The position numbers and the translations under genes were made by a program. Below are positions 24,259 through 25,060 of a stretch of 25,060 nt of DNA, one piece after another. The stretch is taken from contig JAZNLF010000078.1 in the NCBI GenBank assembly GCA_045578945.1, positions 1-25,060 of the forward strand, given 5' to 3'. Source of the stretch: Clostridia bacterium (GTDB taxonomy: Bacteria; Bacillota; Clostridia; UMGS1883; UMGS1540). Within the stretch, counting starts at the first letter, position 1, and each line of letters starts with the position of its first letter. The notes under the pieces were generated by a model. The model did no database searches. It worked only from the letters and a program-made list of their open reading frames with translations, and was not told the DNA's origin.

Positions 24259-25047
24259 TTATCCGACTTGCAGGTCAAGCCTGAGTTTATCGGCAATAAG
24301 CGCAATAAACTCGGAATTTGTGGGCTTACCCTTAATACTGTTGACCGTGTAGCCGAAAAGGCGATACAAAACCTCATCGTTGCCGCGCATGCAGGCTACT
24401 TCAATGGCATGGCGAATGGCACGCTCGACGCGTGAAGGAGAGGTGTTATGTTGCCCTGCCACTTTAGGATAAAGCTGTTTTGTAACTGCATTTATCAGTT
24501 CTCTGTCATCAATGGAAAAAATGATGGCATCTCTTAAATACTGATACCCCTTTATGTTTGCAGGTATGCCCACGGAGTGAATCGTATCTGTCACCGTCCT
24601 TTCTATAATGTGTTTTTTTGCGGCACCATCTGCCGCAGGGGGCACTGCAGGCAGGCCAACTGCTTTAACGGGGTAGCAAAGGGCACGGATGCGCTCGATT
24701 AAAACGCGCGGCTCAAACGGCTTCATCATACAAAAATCTGCGCCGCCATCCATACACATCCGCATCGTGGTGTCCTGCATCGCCGCTGAAAGCATTACGG
24801 TGCGCGGCCGCTGTGCGGGCGGCATACGCTTTATCTCAGAGAGTGCGCTGATGCCGTCCATTTTCGGCATGACAATGTCTAAAATGACAAGGTCGGGTTT
24901 TAGGCGCCGCACCATGCTTACGCCCGCCTCTCCGTCATGCGCTACACCCACAACGGAAAACCCCGGTGTTTTATCTAAAGTAGCTTTGAGTGCATCTGTC
25001 ATTTGCACGTCATCATCCGTAAGAACAACTTTAATTGTGTCTTCCAT
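24259..25047 (-). CDS. spo0A: Sporulation master regulator Spo0A
   Basis: Receiver domain (PDLVILDIVMPKMDG, KPF); effector domain VGIPANIKGYQYLRDAI, TKQLYPKVA, SRVERAIRHAIEVA, KPTNSEFIALIADKLRL; RBS GGAGGT. Confidence 0.98.
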   Translation of the reverse strand: MEDTIKVVLTDDDVQMTDALKATLDKTPGFSVVGVAHDGEAGVSMVRRLKPDLVILDIVMPKMDGISALSEIKRMPPAQRPRTVMLSAAMQDTTMRMCMDGGADFCMMKPFEPRVLIERIRALCYPVKAVGLPAVPPAADGAAKKHIIERTVTDTIHSVGIPANIKGYQYLRDAIIFSIDDRELINAVTKQLYPKVAGQHNTSPSRVERAIRHAIEVACMRGNDEVLYRLFGYTVNSIKGKPTNSEFIALIADKLRLDLQVG

Positions 25048-25060
25048 TTTCTACCTCCTA

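Noticed and set aside
1-25060. CRISPR array, tRNA, rRNA, SRP RNA, IS element or integrase
   Set aside because: No regularly spaced repeats, cloverleaf, rRNA signature or recombinase/transposase motif was found on either strand.

Overview
A 25-kb chromosomal window from a spore-forming Clostridia-type Firmicute, in two parts. The left ~7.5 kb is more AT-rich and looks accessory. It holds a minus-strand operon of secreted proteins with three C-terminal SLH repeats: a frameshift-split SH3/GLUG-like giant, a CAP-domain protein and a protein with a tandem domain I do not recognise, followed by a broken lipoprotein gene. Divergent from it is a MerR-family regulator with a GyrI-like domain. The intergenic region carries a textbook MerR-type promoter (TTGCAT-19 bp-TATAAT with a CGTACC-N4-GGTACG dyad) pointing into the surface-protein operon; this is the most novel-looking system here. 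The rest is core genome: mrp/apbC, an ion-transporter-superfamily permease, a Na+:alanine/glycine symporter under a tandem glycine riboswitch, thiT under a TPP riboswitch, ylxM-ffh-rpsP-khpA-rimM-trmD-ytvI, an ACT/UPF0210/small lipoprotein/pdxK operon, an orphan spoIIIAA back-to-back with lonB, an HPr-like protein, a double-OB-fold SSB, a phage-like ArpU/DUF1492-type regulator with a small Cys4 protein, and spo0A. I found no rRNA, tRNA, CRISPR array, transposase or integrase. All calls come from reading motifs by eye; no database searches were run.
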